Source of the DNA: a virus
Lineage: Duplodnaviria; Caudoviricetes
Reading direction: 5' to 3' (one strand)
IMG/VR virus record: IMGVR_UViG_3300032237_000709
Span: 1-51,302 of that record
DNA length: 51,302 nt
This document shows, in pieces, positions 16,897 through 24,794 of this stretch. The notes beneath the pieces are model-generated. The model did no database searches. It saw only the letters and a program-made list of their open reading frames with translations, and was not told the origin of the DNA. Position 1 is the first letter of the stretch. Every line of letters begins with the position of its first letter. A program made the position numbers and the translations under genes.

Positions 16897-17053
16897 AACT
16901 TCTTGTTTTTGATTTATAAATGAATCCAAAATTGAATATGAAGAAAAATAATGTCCATCTGTAACCTTTATAGTGATTACCTATTTTCATTAAATTTATT
17001 TCTATTAAGTTAAATCCTGGTCTATGCCATCTATTTTGAAATTCTATATTCAT
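16865..17053 (-). CDS. hypothetical protein
   Basis: 62 aa, A-rich leader, overlaps next gene. Confidence 0.5.
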   Translation of the reverse strand: MNIEFQNRWHRPGFNLIEINLMKIGNHYKGYRWTLFFFIFNFGFIYKSKTRSYDAYIPKTRS

Positions 17054-17063
17054 AACTTTTTAT

Positions 17064-17279
17064 TTAGATGTAATCTAAGATAAGTTCCTTGCCATAACTA
17101 AGATACTTTAGTGCTCTGAATTTAGCTTCATCATCTAATGGCTTAGCTTCTTTATAGTCACTACTCCATACTAATTCACCACCATACATCATTCCACAAT
17201 AGTATTCTAAATCAGAATTCATAACAATAAACCATTCACGTTTATCGTCTTTTTGCTTTACGCGTTTTGATTTTTCCAT
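17064..17279 (-). CDS. hypothetical protein
   Basis: 71-aa ORF in operon. Confidence 0.7.
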   Translation of the reverse strand: MEKSKRVKQKDDKREWFIVMNSDLEYYCGMMYGGELVWSSDYKEAKPLDDEAKFRALKYLSYGKELILDYI

Positions 17280-18040
17280 GTATCAAATGATATTTCGTTA
17301 TCGTTAATAATCATATATTCACCGCTAGTACCTAGCGTATCTATGTAGTAATATCTACCTCCAGTAGCCATTCCCTTAATATCAATCTGTTCTTGCTGAG
17401 TATGTCCTACTACCTGAATTACTTGCTTGCGCAGAGTATCTTTATTTGATCTCATTAATGATTTAGGTCTAATCCATATTGGTGATTGTCCTTCATTATC
17501 ACCAGTAGGATCTTGATAAGTATTATAATGTAACATTGTACCGAACTCAAACGTTTTGGGTTTATATCTGAATAGTTCATTTAAGTCCGTAGCTATATTT
17601 TCTCTCTTCCATCCATCTTTTCCATATACATTATCCATAAATGTACTACTCACTCCAGCGTGTGTAAACAGAAATTTATCCATTTGATATGCCATTTGTA
17701 AGTGATGTCTATTCTCATCTATTACTTGATTAATATTAGGAGCTATACCGAGCTGATATCCACTTGTACCTGTATTACCTATTTCTGGGAAGTAGTGGTG
17801 ATCATGATTACCAATTAATAGTATAATTTCTGTTTTATGTTCATCTAATGTTCCTACTCTTGAGAATGATGTTTCTTTATATTCAATTATCTCTTTAAAG
17901 TTGTGTATTTGATCTAGTCCTGGAATATCCCAAGAATCAAAGTAGTCACCTATAAAAATAACTCGATCTGGTTGTTCTAGATGTGTTATTAATTTCCATA
18001 TTGAGCGACCATGAATATCACCTATTATTATTGTTTTCAT
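17258..18040 (-). CDS. calcineurin-like metallophosphoesterase
   Basis: GDIHG, GDYFD, GNHD, HAG, GHT motifs; ATGA overlap with the upstream gene. Confidence 0.9.
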   Translation of the reverse strand: MKTIIIGDIHGRSIWKLITHLEQPDRVIFIGDYFDSWDIPGLDQIHNFKEIIEYKETSFSRVGTLDEHKTEIILLIGNHDHHYFPEIGNTGTSGYQLGIAPNINQVIDENRHHLQMAYQMDKFLFTHAGVSSTFMDNVYGKDGWKRENIATDLNELFRYKPKTFEFGTMLHYNTYQDPTGDNEGQSPIWIRPKSLMRSNKDTLRKQVIQVVGHTQQEQIDIKGMATGGRYYYIDTLGTSGEYMIINDNEISFDTWKNQNA

Positions 18041-18375
18041 TTCCAAAATAATTGTACTAATATAATTAGTGTTCCTAAAAATAAACAGATTCCTGTTTTA
18101 GTTGTGAATGGTTCTTTAAATAAGAAGTAAGACATTCCTGAAAATACTATTACTCCTAATCCAAACCCAAGTAAACGTGAAGGCCATATCTGACCATCAA
18201 ATGCTGCTACGAAATTCTTTACCGATTGCATAAACATGAATGAAATTGGAATACCCATTAGTACAACAAGCCATGTATACTCTTTCATCCATTGATATTT
18301 CAATTGACCTTGTAGTTGTAAGAATGTAGTTACTTGCGCTGCTAATCCCCATAATATTCCCCAAAATATATTCAT
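18037..18375 (-). CDS. four-TM membrane protein (DMT/SMR-like)
   Basis: four hydrophobic segments, FLFKE.F..K..I motif. Confidence 0.65.
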   Translation of the reverse strand: MNIFWGILWGLAAQVTTFLQLQGQLKYQWMKEYTWLVVLMGIPISFMFMQSVKNFVAAFDGQIWPSRLLGFGLGVIVFSGMSYFLFKEPFTTKTGICLFLGTLIILVQLFWK

Positions 18376-18644
18376 TATTCTACTGTGTGTTTAATTGTTT
18401 CTAATTCTTCTTTACACTCAGGTGTCATTTCTGCTTCAGCTCTATCAAATATTATTTCATATCTACCTACTTCAATTTCCTTAACAAATATTTCTGATTT
18501 GAGTGAATCTATTACGTGGTGTAATGAATCAACATTTGGTCTTGTTGATGTTAATGTTGCAATCTGCTCTTTCTGGTTGAATATTATATAAAATAACATT
18601 CCGACACTAGATAGACTTAAAGCGGCTCCGATGTACTTTTTCAT
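18375..18644 (-). CDS. membrane-anchored coiled-coil protein
   Basis: N-terminal TM, DSL repeats. Confidence 0.7.
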   Translation of the reverse strand: MKKYIGAALSLSSVGMLFYIIFNQKEQIATLTSTRPNVDSLHHVIDSLKSEIFVKEIEVGRYEIIFDRAEAEMTPECKEELETIKHTVE

Positions 18645-18766
18645 ATTTTAAAATAGTTTTTAATATACGATAATGCGTATTGCATTTCGCTTGTTAATAG
18701 TGAAATTAGATTAGTGTGTGAGTTGTGATCACCACAAACACCTAACATATGTAAAATTGTATCCAT
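18641..18766 (-). CDS. 41-aa microprotein
   Basis: MDTILHMLGVCGDHNSHTNLISLL...; ATGA overlap with next gene. Confidence 0.55.
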   Translation of the reverse strand: MDTILHMLGVCGDHNSHTNLISLLTSEMQYALSYIKNYFKI

Positions 18767-18768
18767 AA

Positions 18769-18927
18769 TTATATTTTATCTTCAGTATGAACTTTATCAT
18801 CATCCCAATTTAAAAAATCTTCTCCCTTATAGTCAGGGTGTTTTTCTTTCATATTATCTATGCCTGTAGCCCATGCCCAGCATATAATAACTAATGATAC
18901 GAACATTCCAATAAAAAAATATATCAT
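18769..18927 (-). CDS. 52-aa single-TM protein
   Basis: TM then W..GID.MKEKHPDYKGEDF. Confidence 0.65.
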   Translation of the reverse strand: MIYFFIGMFVSLVIICWAWATGIDNMKEKHPDYKGEDFLNWDDDKVHTEDKI

Positions 18928-18937
18928 AATTTTTAAT

Positions 18938-19396
18938 TTATACTAAATTTGCTTTTTCTGGTCGTTTCTTAATATAGTCTTGTTTGACTGTATTGTATAG
19001 GCACATTAAATCACCATCACACTCTTCCATATACGAATATAATTCCTCTTCTGTGACTCTAAAAGTTATTGTGAAGTCTTTTATTAAAGCTTTCATTATG
19101 TTAGCTTCATCCTTAGCATAATCTTCATTTAAACGTCTGTGACGTTCCATCCATAACGCTCTTTTTTCATGTTGGTCATCAATACTTTTAATTTTAGCTA
19201 AAGCTTCCTCCATCAACTCCAATTCGTATTGAGCTTGATAGAAGTAATCACTCACCTCATAATCACCATTTTTGATTTTATCATATAATGGCGTATATGG
19301 ATGTTTAGTTTCACGCATTTTAAATCTGCGCCACCAATAAAATTGATTGTATTTGCTTGGCGTAAAAGTAGAAATCTTATCTCTAACGTAACTCAT
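18938..19396 (-). CDS. hypothetical protein
   Basis: 152 aa; motif variant at 19400-19423 ends 3 nt before ATG. Confidence 0.75.
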   Translation of the reverse strand: MSYVRDKISTFTPSKYNQFYWWRRFKMRETKHPYTPLYDKIKNGDYEVSDYFYQAQYELELMEEALAKIKSIDDQHEKRALWMERHRRLNEDYAKDEANIMKALIKDFTITFRVTEEELYSYMEECDGDLMCLYNTVKQDYIKKRPEKANLV

Positions 19397-19432
19397 ACGA
19401 TAAAGATAAGATCTTACTTTGCCTAAACCAAA

Positions 19433-20032
19433 TTAAGCTAATAAACTATAGTATTCTTTGAAGTGTTTGATACGATCAGGTAAACCAATAGTACCTCCAT
19501 TAACGCGTTTTGTAACTGATGTTACTACAGCGTCTGTAGCTCCACCGTCAGCAATCTTATGTAAACCATTCTTATGGAAGAACCAAGCAGCTGATAATAA
19601 TGGATATTTAGTTGCTACTAAGTCTGGTGTTTCTAATAAGTTTTCAGGTACAACTGCGTCAAATGCTTTGTAATTATCTTTACCTGTTAATTGGATATAA
19701 CCGCGACCTCTAAATTTATATCCTTCACCTGTTGCCTCAGCACCATTACCCATTCTACCACCATATACTAGATTAGCGATTTTTTCTGGTTTACGCTCGT
19801 ATAATGCTGCTTTAGCTTCTGTTGGGAAATATTTTTTAAATATTCCTAATAAACCTTTAGCACCATAATTTAAGTTTTCGTTTACTGCTTTGAATCCACC
19901 TGATTCATGTCCTGCTTGAGCTAAGAAGTGAGCTAAGCGTAGTGGTGTGTTTAATTCAAATTTAGCCATTGTGTCCGGTAACATTGCTATTACTGCGTCT
20001 GGGATGTGTCCTTTTAGTTTGTCTAAGTTCAT
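19433..20032 (-). CDS. glycoside hydrolase family 19 endolysin
   Basis: AHFLAQ..HESGG..ENLNY, FRGRGYIQLTG..NY, SAAWF, VTKRVNGG..GL.DR. Confidence 0.92.
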   Translation of the reverse strand: MNLDKLKGHIPDAVIAMLPDTMAKFELNTPLRLAHFLAQAGHESGGFKAVNENLNYGAKGLLGIFKKYFPTEAKAALYERKPEKIANLVYGGRMGNGAEATGEGYKFRGRGYIQLTGKDNYKAFDAVVPENLLETPDLVATKYPLLSAAWFFHKNGLHKIADGGATDAVVTSVTKRVNGGTIGLPDRIKHFKEYYSLLA

Positions 20033-20045
20033 TGTTATTTATTAT

Positions 20046-20354
20046 TTATTTTTTATTTATCTGAGTTTGTAGGTAATAATCTTCCATACGTCTCAAATCA
20101 TCTTCTAGTTTTTTAATTCTAGTAGTCTGTTCAACATCCATTGGCCAGGCATTATGCCCATTTGCACTTTCTTCTATAGCACTATTAGTTCTATCTAACT
20201 TATCTTTAACCATTTCATAATTATGCTCTAAATTACTTAGTCTACCACTAACTTCTGAATATGCCCATACGGCCATAGCAACAACGACTACTATTTGAAC
20301 TAGCCATTTTATATTGAGGTTTACTCCGGTTGAATCATTTAGTTGCTTTGTCAT
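20046..20354 (-). CDS. TM plus coiled-coil protein in lysis module
   Basis: single TM; lies between the holin-like gene and the endolysin. Confidence 0.65.
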   Translation of the reverse strand: MTKQLNDSTGVNLNIKWLVQIVVVVAMAVWAYSEVSGRLSNLEHNYEMVKDKLDRTNSAIEESANGHNAWPMDVEQTTRIKKLEDDLRRMEDYYLQTQINKK

Positions 20355-20611
20355 TATTCTTCTACTTTAGGTTCTTCTGGTTTGTTTTTAAATGAGAATT
20401 TATCTAATGAGTCAGCACCCATTCCAATTGCTGTAATTACCATCACCGCGTTCACTAATTCAGCTGCTGGTTTAAAATGTTCTTCTGTAAATGAATTTGC
20501 TGTCATTGTTCCACATAGGAATAATGCTCCTAGAAATGCTATTACTGGTTTAATTGAAGTTGATCCACGTTCATCTTTAAATAAATCGATGATCCATTGT
20601 TTAAAGTTCAT
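20354..20611 (-). CDS. two-TM holin-like protein
   Basis: MNFKQWIIDLFKDERG.TS.K, two TMs, charged C-terminus; upstream of endolysin. Confidence 0.6.
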   Translation of the reverse strand: MNFKQWIIDLFKDERGSTSIKPVIAFLGALFLCGTMTANSFTEEHFKPAAELVNAVMVITAIGMGADSLDKFSFKNKPEEPKVEE

Positions 20612-20652
20612 AATTTTAATGGTTTTATTGGTCATATATAAATATATTAGAT

Positions 20653-20680
20653 AAAAAAAGGCAACCATTTCTGGTTGCCT
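20653..20680 (-). terminator. intrinsic terminator
   Basis: AGGCAACCA-GAAA-TGGTTGCCT plus U-tract on minus. Confidence 0.8.
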
Positions 20681-20683
20681 GGA

Positions 20684-21052
20684 AGTTACTGTTCTTTAAC
20701 TATTTTTATGATTTAATTAATTGTTTTGATCCTGTTGTTCCTAACGCTTTGTCTATTCTTGAATCTGTATAAGCCATTAAATTTCTTTTAAACTCTTCTG
20801 TGTACTGATCAAATCTATTTCGAGTTTCACTTATTTCTGAGTAGATATTTCGCTCAGTATCTGTTATGTGTCTGTGAATATGACCAACTTCCCCTTGGAT
20901 GTTTTTAAATTCTTTGTCGTGTCTAATTACCTTCACTATACCTACAACAATCGCCACTATCATAATAATAGCAACCATCGCAAGCATACCAAAAGCAAAT
21001 GCTAATTGTGTATTCATGTTTTATTTCTCCTGTATGTCAAAGAACAGTAACT
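20684..21052 (-). repeat. 14-bp perfect (17 bp with one G-U) inverted repeat enclosing a single gene
   Basis: agttactgttcttt at 20684-20697 vs aaagaacagtaact at 21039-21052. Confidence 0.8.
20706..21017 (-). CDS. single-TM coiled-coil protein
   Basis: N-terminal TM, YTDSRIDK motif. Confidence 0.75.
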   Translation of the reverse strand: MNTQLAFAFGMLAMVAIIMIVAIVVGIVKVIRHDKEFKNIQGEVGHIHRHITDTERNIYSEISETRNRFDQYTEEFKRNLMAYTDSRIDKALGTTGSKQLIKS

Positions 21053-21058
21053 GTTATT

Positions 21059-21379
21059 TTAAAGAACTTCTTTTTTCTTTCTAGTTTTAGTTTTTTTATC
21101 TAATTGCTTCTTAATCTCACCACATAACTCATATTCCTCTATTTTGATTAGATCATCCAAACAATTCTTTAACATGTCATTATATTGTGCTTTATCAATT
21201 GTAAACAACATTGAACTCATATCTTTAAATGATATATCAAATATATCAATCTTTGCTTTATTGCGTTTAGTTGCGCTTAATACGCACTTAACCATCTTCA
21301 TAATCAAGTCCGTATCTCTATTCTTCATTAATACAAAGAATTCACGTTGATCTTTAAGATATAAATAATGACATGCCAT
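21059..21379 (-). CDS. hypothetical protein with UVR (UvrB/C)-like C-terminal motif
   Basis: start MACHYL; IEEYELCGEIKKQL; longer track ORF overlaps tRNA-Glu. Confidence 0.7.
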   Translation of the reverse strand: MACHYLYLKDQREFFVLMKNRDTDLIMKMVKCVLSATKRNKAKIDIFDISFKDMSSMLFTIDKAQYNDMLKNCLDDLIKIEEYELCGEIKKQLDKKTKTRKKKEVL

Positions 21380-21394
21380 AACTATAAATATTAG

Positions 21395-21466
21395 TACCAC
21401 GTACGGGACTCGAACCCGTGATTCCTCCGTGAAAGGGAGGCGTCTTAACCTCTTGACCAACGCGGC
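21395..21466 (-). tRNA. trnE: tRNA-Glu (UUC)
   Basis: GCCGCGT/ACGTGGT acceptor, anticodon arm CCTCC-CTTTCAC-GGAGG, T-loop TTCGAGT; no encoded CCA. Confidence 0.95.
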
Positions 21467-21471
21467 AGTAC

Positions 21472-21581
21472 TGCTGATTTATTGAGTGCACCGAATCTTC
21501 AAAACCAGCAAAATAACGGCACTCCCTTTCTTGTTTGTTTTTCAGATCACCCCACAAGTCCGGGTTAACATGAGCGATCTG
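21472..21581 (-). ncRNA. structured inter-tRNA spacer (hairpin plus predicted H-type pseudoknot)
   Basis: CAGATCGCTC/GGGTGATCTG; GAGTGC/GCACTC crossing TGCTGGTTT/AAATCAGCA. Confidence 0.4.
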
Positions 21582-21590
21582 TTGATCAAG

Positions 21591-21697
21591 TAGTCAGGAC
21601 AGGAATCGAACCTATAAGGAAGGAGGATTACTATTAAATCTAACAAATGTTACTAAGTTTAGATTCCTCAATGCGTCTACCATTACGCCACCTGACT
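21591..21697 (-). ncRNA. tRNA-Leu-like RNA with aberrant extended anticodon domain
   Basis: acceptor AGTCAGG/CCTGACT+A, D-arm GCGT-AATGGTAG-ACGC, T-arm ATAGG-TTCGATT-CCTGT; 107 nt; no canonical 7-nt anticodon loop. Confidence 0.75.
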
Positions 21698-21758
21698 ATA
21701 AAGACCCGATATCCGCGTTTTCATCTCACTCGGGTCATGATGAGCTTCCGACGGGTTG

Positions 21759-21829
21759 ATGTGACACCTGGATTCGAACCAGAAATGACAGAATCAAAAT
21801 CTGTAGTGTTACCGTTACACCATATCACA
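21759..21829 (-). tRNA. trnQ: tRNA-Gln (UUG)
   Basis: TGTGATA/TGTCACA acceptor, ACAGA-TTTTGAT-TCTGT anticodon arm, TTCGAAT T-loop. Confidence 0.95.
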
Positions 21830-21835
21830 ATTTTA

Positions 21836-22080
21836 ACACAGACTGAAGCAGAGTACGTACATTTACTTTCCTGCTAGCTTTTCAAAGATGTACACTAGAG
21901 TCTTCCCAATCCTCCTCAGAGACCTTTTACAGTCACAGGTACTGTGTGCAACTTTTGAACCTCATTTCAGAGTTGCCAACTGTGTCTACAAACGATTAGA
22001 AGAGCTCAGTGTGCCTGTGCACGACATGAAGTCGATTCTGAGAGGCCGGCTCCGTGTTTCGATCTCCTGGCCTAGGAGCT
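21836..22080 (-). ncRNA. putative ~250-nt multistem non-coding RNA
   Basis: GC-richer stretch with no credible minus-strand ORF and nested helices (see findings). Confidence 0.55.
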
Positions 22081-22082
22081 GG

Positions 22083-22295
22083 TTAATTTACTGTAACTAC
22101 AGAAGCAATGTTTGATGCTACTGCTGCTGTTACTTCAAATGCTTGTTCACCTTGATCTACTAGGTACTGTACCATTCTAGCTTCAGCTTCAGTTACTGAT
22201 TCTGAATCAACTAGATATAATACATTTTGTTTTTTTACTTTACCTTTACTGTCTTCAACAGTGAATTGTACTTTTACTTGGAAATAAGTTGCCAT
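22083..22295 (-). CDS. DUF4494-like protein (Bacteroidota family)
   Basis: YFQVKVQF..G.VKK...YLVD.ESVTEAEAR. Confidence 0.8.
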   Translation of the reverse strand: MATYFQVKVQFTVEDSKGKVKKQNVLYLVDSESVTEAEARMVQYLVDQGEQAFEVTAAVASNIASVVTVN

Positions 22296-22297
22296 AA

Positions 22298-22564
22298 TTA
22301 ATTGTTTTCGTAAACTGAATAATCGTATAAATGTGCTCTGTATCTTAATAATGCGTTAGCGAATCTAGTTCTTAACTTCATATCATCATATGATTCATCT
22401 TCCATTCTACGTGGTGGGCACGCCATATAATAATCGATATTGTCGTTTGTTAATTCAACGTTACTAGCAAACATCATCATTTTAATGAAATTGATAGCGC
22501 CATAACCTCTTTTAAATTCGGATGGGATCTTAAAATCCGCATACTTTTGTGCTAATTCGTACAT
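22298..22564 (-). CDS. hypothetical protein
   Basis: 88 aa; motif copy at 22585. Confidence 0.7.
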   Translation of the reverse strand: MYELAQKYADFKIPSEFKRGYGAINFIKMMMFASNVELTNDNIDYYMACPPRRMEDESYDDMKLRTRFANALLRYRAHLYDYSVYENN

Positions 22565-22584
22565 AACTTGTATTTTTATTTGAA

Positions 22585-22609
22585 GTGAATATATAACTTT
22601 TATTTTGCC
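22585..22609 (-). promoter_or_regulatory. 25-bp promoter motif copy upstream of the RNA island
   Basis: gtgaatatataacttttattttgcc; overlaps TAG of the upstream gene. Confidence 0.75.
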
Positions 22610-23211
22610 TAATCAATCAATCCTAAAGCTCTCATATTATCTAATTGATCATCATCTAAATCCCATTCAAACGATTTAGCTTTAATAGTTTGATTTGTCT
22701 CAACATCACGAATCTGGTCTGGTGTTAATACTTCACCAACGTATAGGAAGTAGCAATTATAACATAATAGTTCAAGATTATCTAATAGATAATTACATTT
22801 GCTACCATCTTTAAAATTCATTAATAATGGTATTTTGTAATCAGTTACTCTACGCTCACTAAACCCACACATATAACATTCATCTCTTAGGAATCCCTCA
22901 GCAATACCTCTAATTCGTATTTTTTCTGTTGTAAATGATTCATACCCAGTACCTTCTGTAAATATTCTTTTCACATGAGGTTCTCTACGTCTATTAGGTA
23001 GGAATTTAGGGATAGCTTTACCGCTTTGATTTTTGTGAGCTTCAAACAGTGTTGGTGACTCTGGATCATTATCATCCACTCTAAGCGCTTTCATAAACGG
23101 CTTTAAGTGTTGATATGAGCAACCTAAATATCTAGCAGCGGCACGAATAGATTTCGTGTAACGCATTGCCGTTTCAATTTGTGATTTTGTAAAATGTTTG
23201 GCTGCTGGCAT
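22609..23211 (-). CDS. HTH plus HNH-like zinc-binding protein
   Basis: SIRAAARYLGCSY (HTH); CYMCG..F.DG..N..LDNLELLCYNC. Confidence 0.7.
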   Translation of the reverse strand: MPAAKHFTKSQIETAMRYTKSIRAAARYLGCSYQHLKPFMKALRVDDNDPESPTLFEAHKNQSGKAIPKFLPNRRREPHVKRIFTEGTGYESFTTEKIRIRGIAEGFLRDECYMCGFSERRVTDYKIPLLMNFKDGSKCNYLLDNLELLCYNCYFLYVGEVLTPDQIRDVETNQTIKAKSFEWDLDDDQLDNMRALGLID

Positions 23212-23254
23212 AACTTAAATTTAGGGTAATTAGTTGGGGCCGTAGCCCCATTAA

Positions 23255-23416
23255 TTACTTTGTTTTTTTTACAGTATCTACTGTTGCTTTAGTAGAATCT
23301 ACTGTTTTTGTGCTGTCAACTTTAGTTGAATCAGTTGTTGTTGCTTCAGTACTTGTACTTCCACCACAAGATGCTAGGGTTGCTACTAATGCAACGATTG
23401 CAATTGTTTTTTTCAT
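23255..23416 (-). CDS. small lipoprotein
   Basis: MKKTIAIVALVATLASC then DSTK repeats. Confidence 0.8.
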   Translation of the reverse strand: MKKTIAIVALVATLASCGGSTSTEATTTDSTKVDSTKTVDSTKATVDTVKKTK

Positions 23417-23444
23417 GTTTGTTTTATTTTTATTTACTGTTAAA

Positions 23445-23882
23445 TTACGATTTTTTCTTTGCCTTCCCACCTTTTTCTCGATCTTGCATAGCTTTCAATA
23501 AATACCAAAGATCTGTGGGAGACGATAATTCTACTATTTCCCCTTCATCGTTTTGTAAACCATTTGCTGTTCCGTCTGGGTTTATTCTTTCGTATAAATA
23601 GAAGAATATTAGTTCAGATGCTTCTTTTCCAAAGTGGAGTTGAAATAATGAGTCAACTACTAAATAAAATTTTTCATCATATGATGTAAAATCTAAATTT
23701 AAATCACCTCCTAGTATCATTGATCTTACTTCAATTTCTTCTAATGTTTGAATAATTTTTTCAAATCGTTCACGATTAGTATCGTCTTCTGATTTTTTCT
23801 TGCGCTTAAGCGAAGTATCAGTACCTAGGATATTATCAATGGATTTTTTAATTCCATTAACATGCTCTTCATTATTACCCAT
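23445..23882 (-). CDS. hypothetical protein
   Basis: 145-aa ORF. Confidence 0.75.
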   Translation of the reverse strand: MGNNEEHVNGIKKSIDNILGTDTSLKRKKKSEDDTNRERFEKIIQTLEEIEVRSMILGGDLNLDFTSYDEKFYLVVDSLFQLHFGKEASELIFFYLYERINPDGTANGLQNDEGEIVELSSPTDLWYLLKAMQDREKGGKAKKKS

Positions 23883-23885
23883 AAA

Positions 23886-24212
23886 TTATAGTTTATTGAT
23901 TAAATCCCTAGCTTCAACACATTTATCGTACTCTTCTTTTTCAACGTAATGTTCGATTAAATGTAAGAGAATAGGTTTCCATTTTTCTTTACCTAACTCA
24001 ATATAATAACTTGAGTCGGCTATCTCAAAGAGAGAGATTGAAGATTTGTGTTTTTCGATACCGTCTTTTATAGCATAAATTGCTTCGTCTAAAACTGCTT
24101 GTTTTATTTCTGGGAGTGTTGTTAGAATTGAGTAATCGGACCCTGGATCAGCTGTTACTCTAAATACAGGGATTTTTCTTCTCATTTTCTTTCTAGTTTT
24201 AATCATAACCAT
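23886..24212 (-). CDS. hypothetical protein with UVR-like C-terminal motif
   Basis: EEYDKCVEARDLINKL; layout resembles 21059..21379. Confidence 0.7.
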   Translation of the reverse strand: MVMIKTRKKMRRKIPVFRVTADPGSDYSILTTLPEIKQAVLDEAIYAIKDGIEKHKSSISLFEIADSSYYIELGKEKWKPILLHLIEHYVEKEEYDKCVEARDLINKL

Positions 24213-24226
24213 TGGTTTATATTATT

Positions 24227-24772
24227 TTACACAGTAACACTATATGGTTCATTTTTACTATTAGAAGCTTCAATGTAAAAAGAGGAATTAGAAAACATAT
24301 CAGATAATCTATTTACCTCAGCTTGAGCTTCTTCTTTAGTATCATAAACTCCTTGATGTCCTATATTGCCATAGCCAGAATCTTCTAATACATGCCAATA
24401 AGTTCTACCTTCTTTAAGACCAGCTAATTCTTGCATTCTCTTCATTTCCTTCATTGGTTCTTCAGGAGCCGCTTCAGGAGCAGGAGCCGCTTCAGGTGCT
24501 GGTTCTTCACTTGACCCACCACCCATAGCATTCTTAATTAATAATTTAATATCAGCAATTGGGATTAAAAATCCAATTACGTTTGCATATGGAACGTCTG
24601 TATCCTGAGATACAGTTAAATTGTATTGTGACAATCCTTGATTTAACTTAGATTGTAATTTCTGAGTTGCTTCTGTCTTTTTATCACCCTCAAGTGTTTC
24701 TGGTAATACAAATTGTACTTTAATACCCTCTTTAGTTGGATTCTTATTAACTGATACTTTTAATTTAGCCAT
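24227..24772 (-). CDS. hypothetical two-domain protein with PAPEAA linker
   Basis: 181 aa; PAPEAA repeat, RMQELAGL motif. Confidence 0.75.
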   Translation of the reverse strand: MAKLKVSVNKNPTKEGIKVQFVLPETLEGDKKTEATQKLQSKLNQGLSQYNLTVSQDTDVPYANVIGFLIPIADIKLLIKNAMGGGSSEEPAPEAAPAPEAAPEEPMKEMKRMQELAGLKEGRTYWHVLEDSGYGNIGHQGVYDTKEEAQAEVNRLSDMFSNSSFYIEASNSKNEPYSVTV

Positions 24773-24794
24773 TATTGTTATTTATATATAAATA

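Noticed and set aside
21472-21756. tRNA-associated theta/HDV-like or hammerhead ribozyme
   Set aside because: Could not place P3/P1.1 or the catalytic C of HDV, nor the CUGAnGA/GAAA hammerhead core; kept only as unassigned pseudoknots
21836-22080. RNase P RNA or tmRNA
   Set aside because: Only a partial GGAAAGT word; no P4 partner and no tRNA-Ala-like ends or tag frame identified
21354-22115. ORFs 21354..21557, 21647..21877 and 21888..22115
   Set aside because: They overlap tRNAs or structured RNA; open frames are a by-product of higher GC
2222-22611. TAG (or TGA) stop-codon reassignment as in some large Bacteroidota phages
   Set aside because: Long conserved genes are intact in code 11, TAG ends genes exactly at promoter boundaries and no suppressor tRNA is seen; the only interruption is one TAA
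1235-23470. Long N-terminal versions of ORFs 1235, 2222, 2424, 4187, 6618, 14133, 20354, 21059 and 23255
   Set aside because: They read through promoter motifs, terminators, upstream genes or tRNA-Glu; downstream ATGs with A-rich leaders fit better
24460-24503. Tandem DNA repeat (caggagccgcttcagg twice)
   Set aside because: Explained by the PAPEAA coding linker
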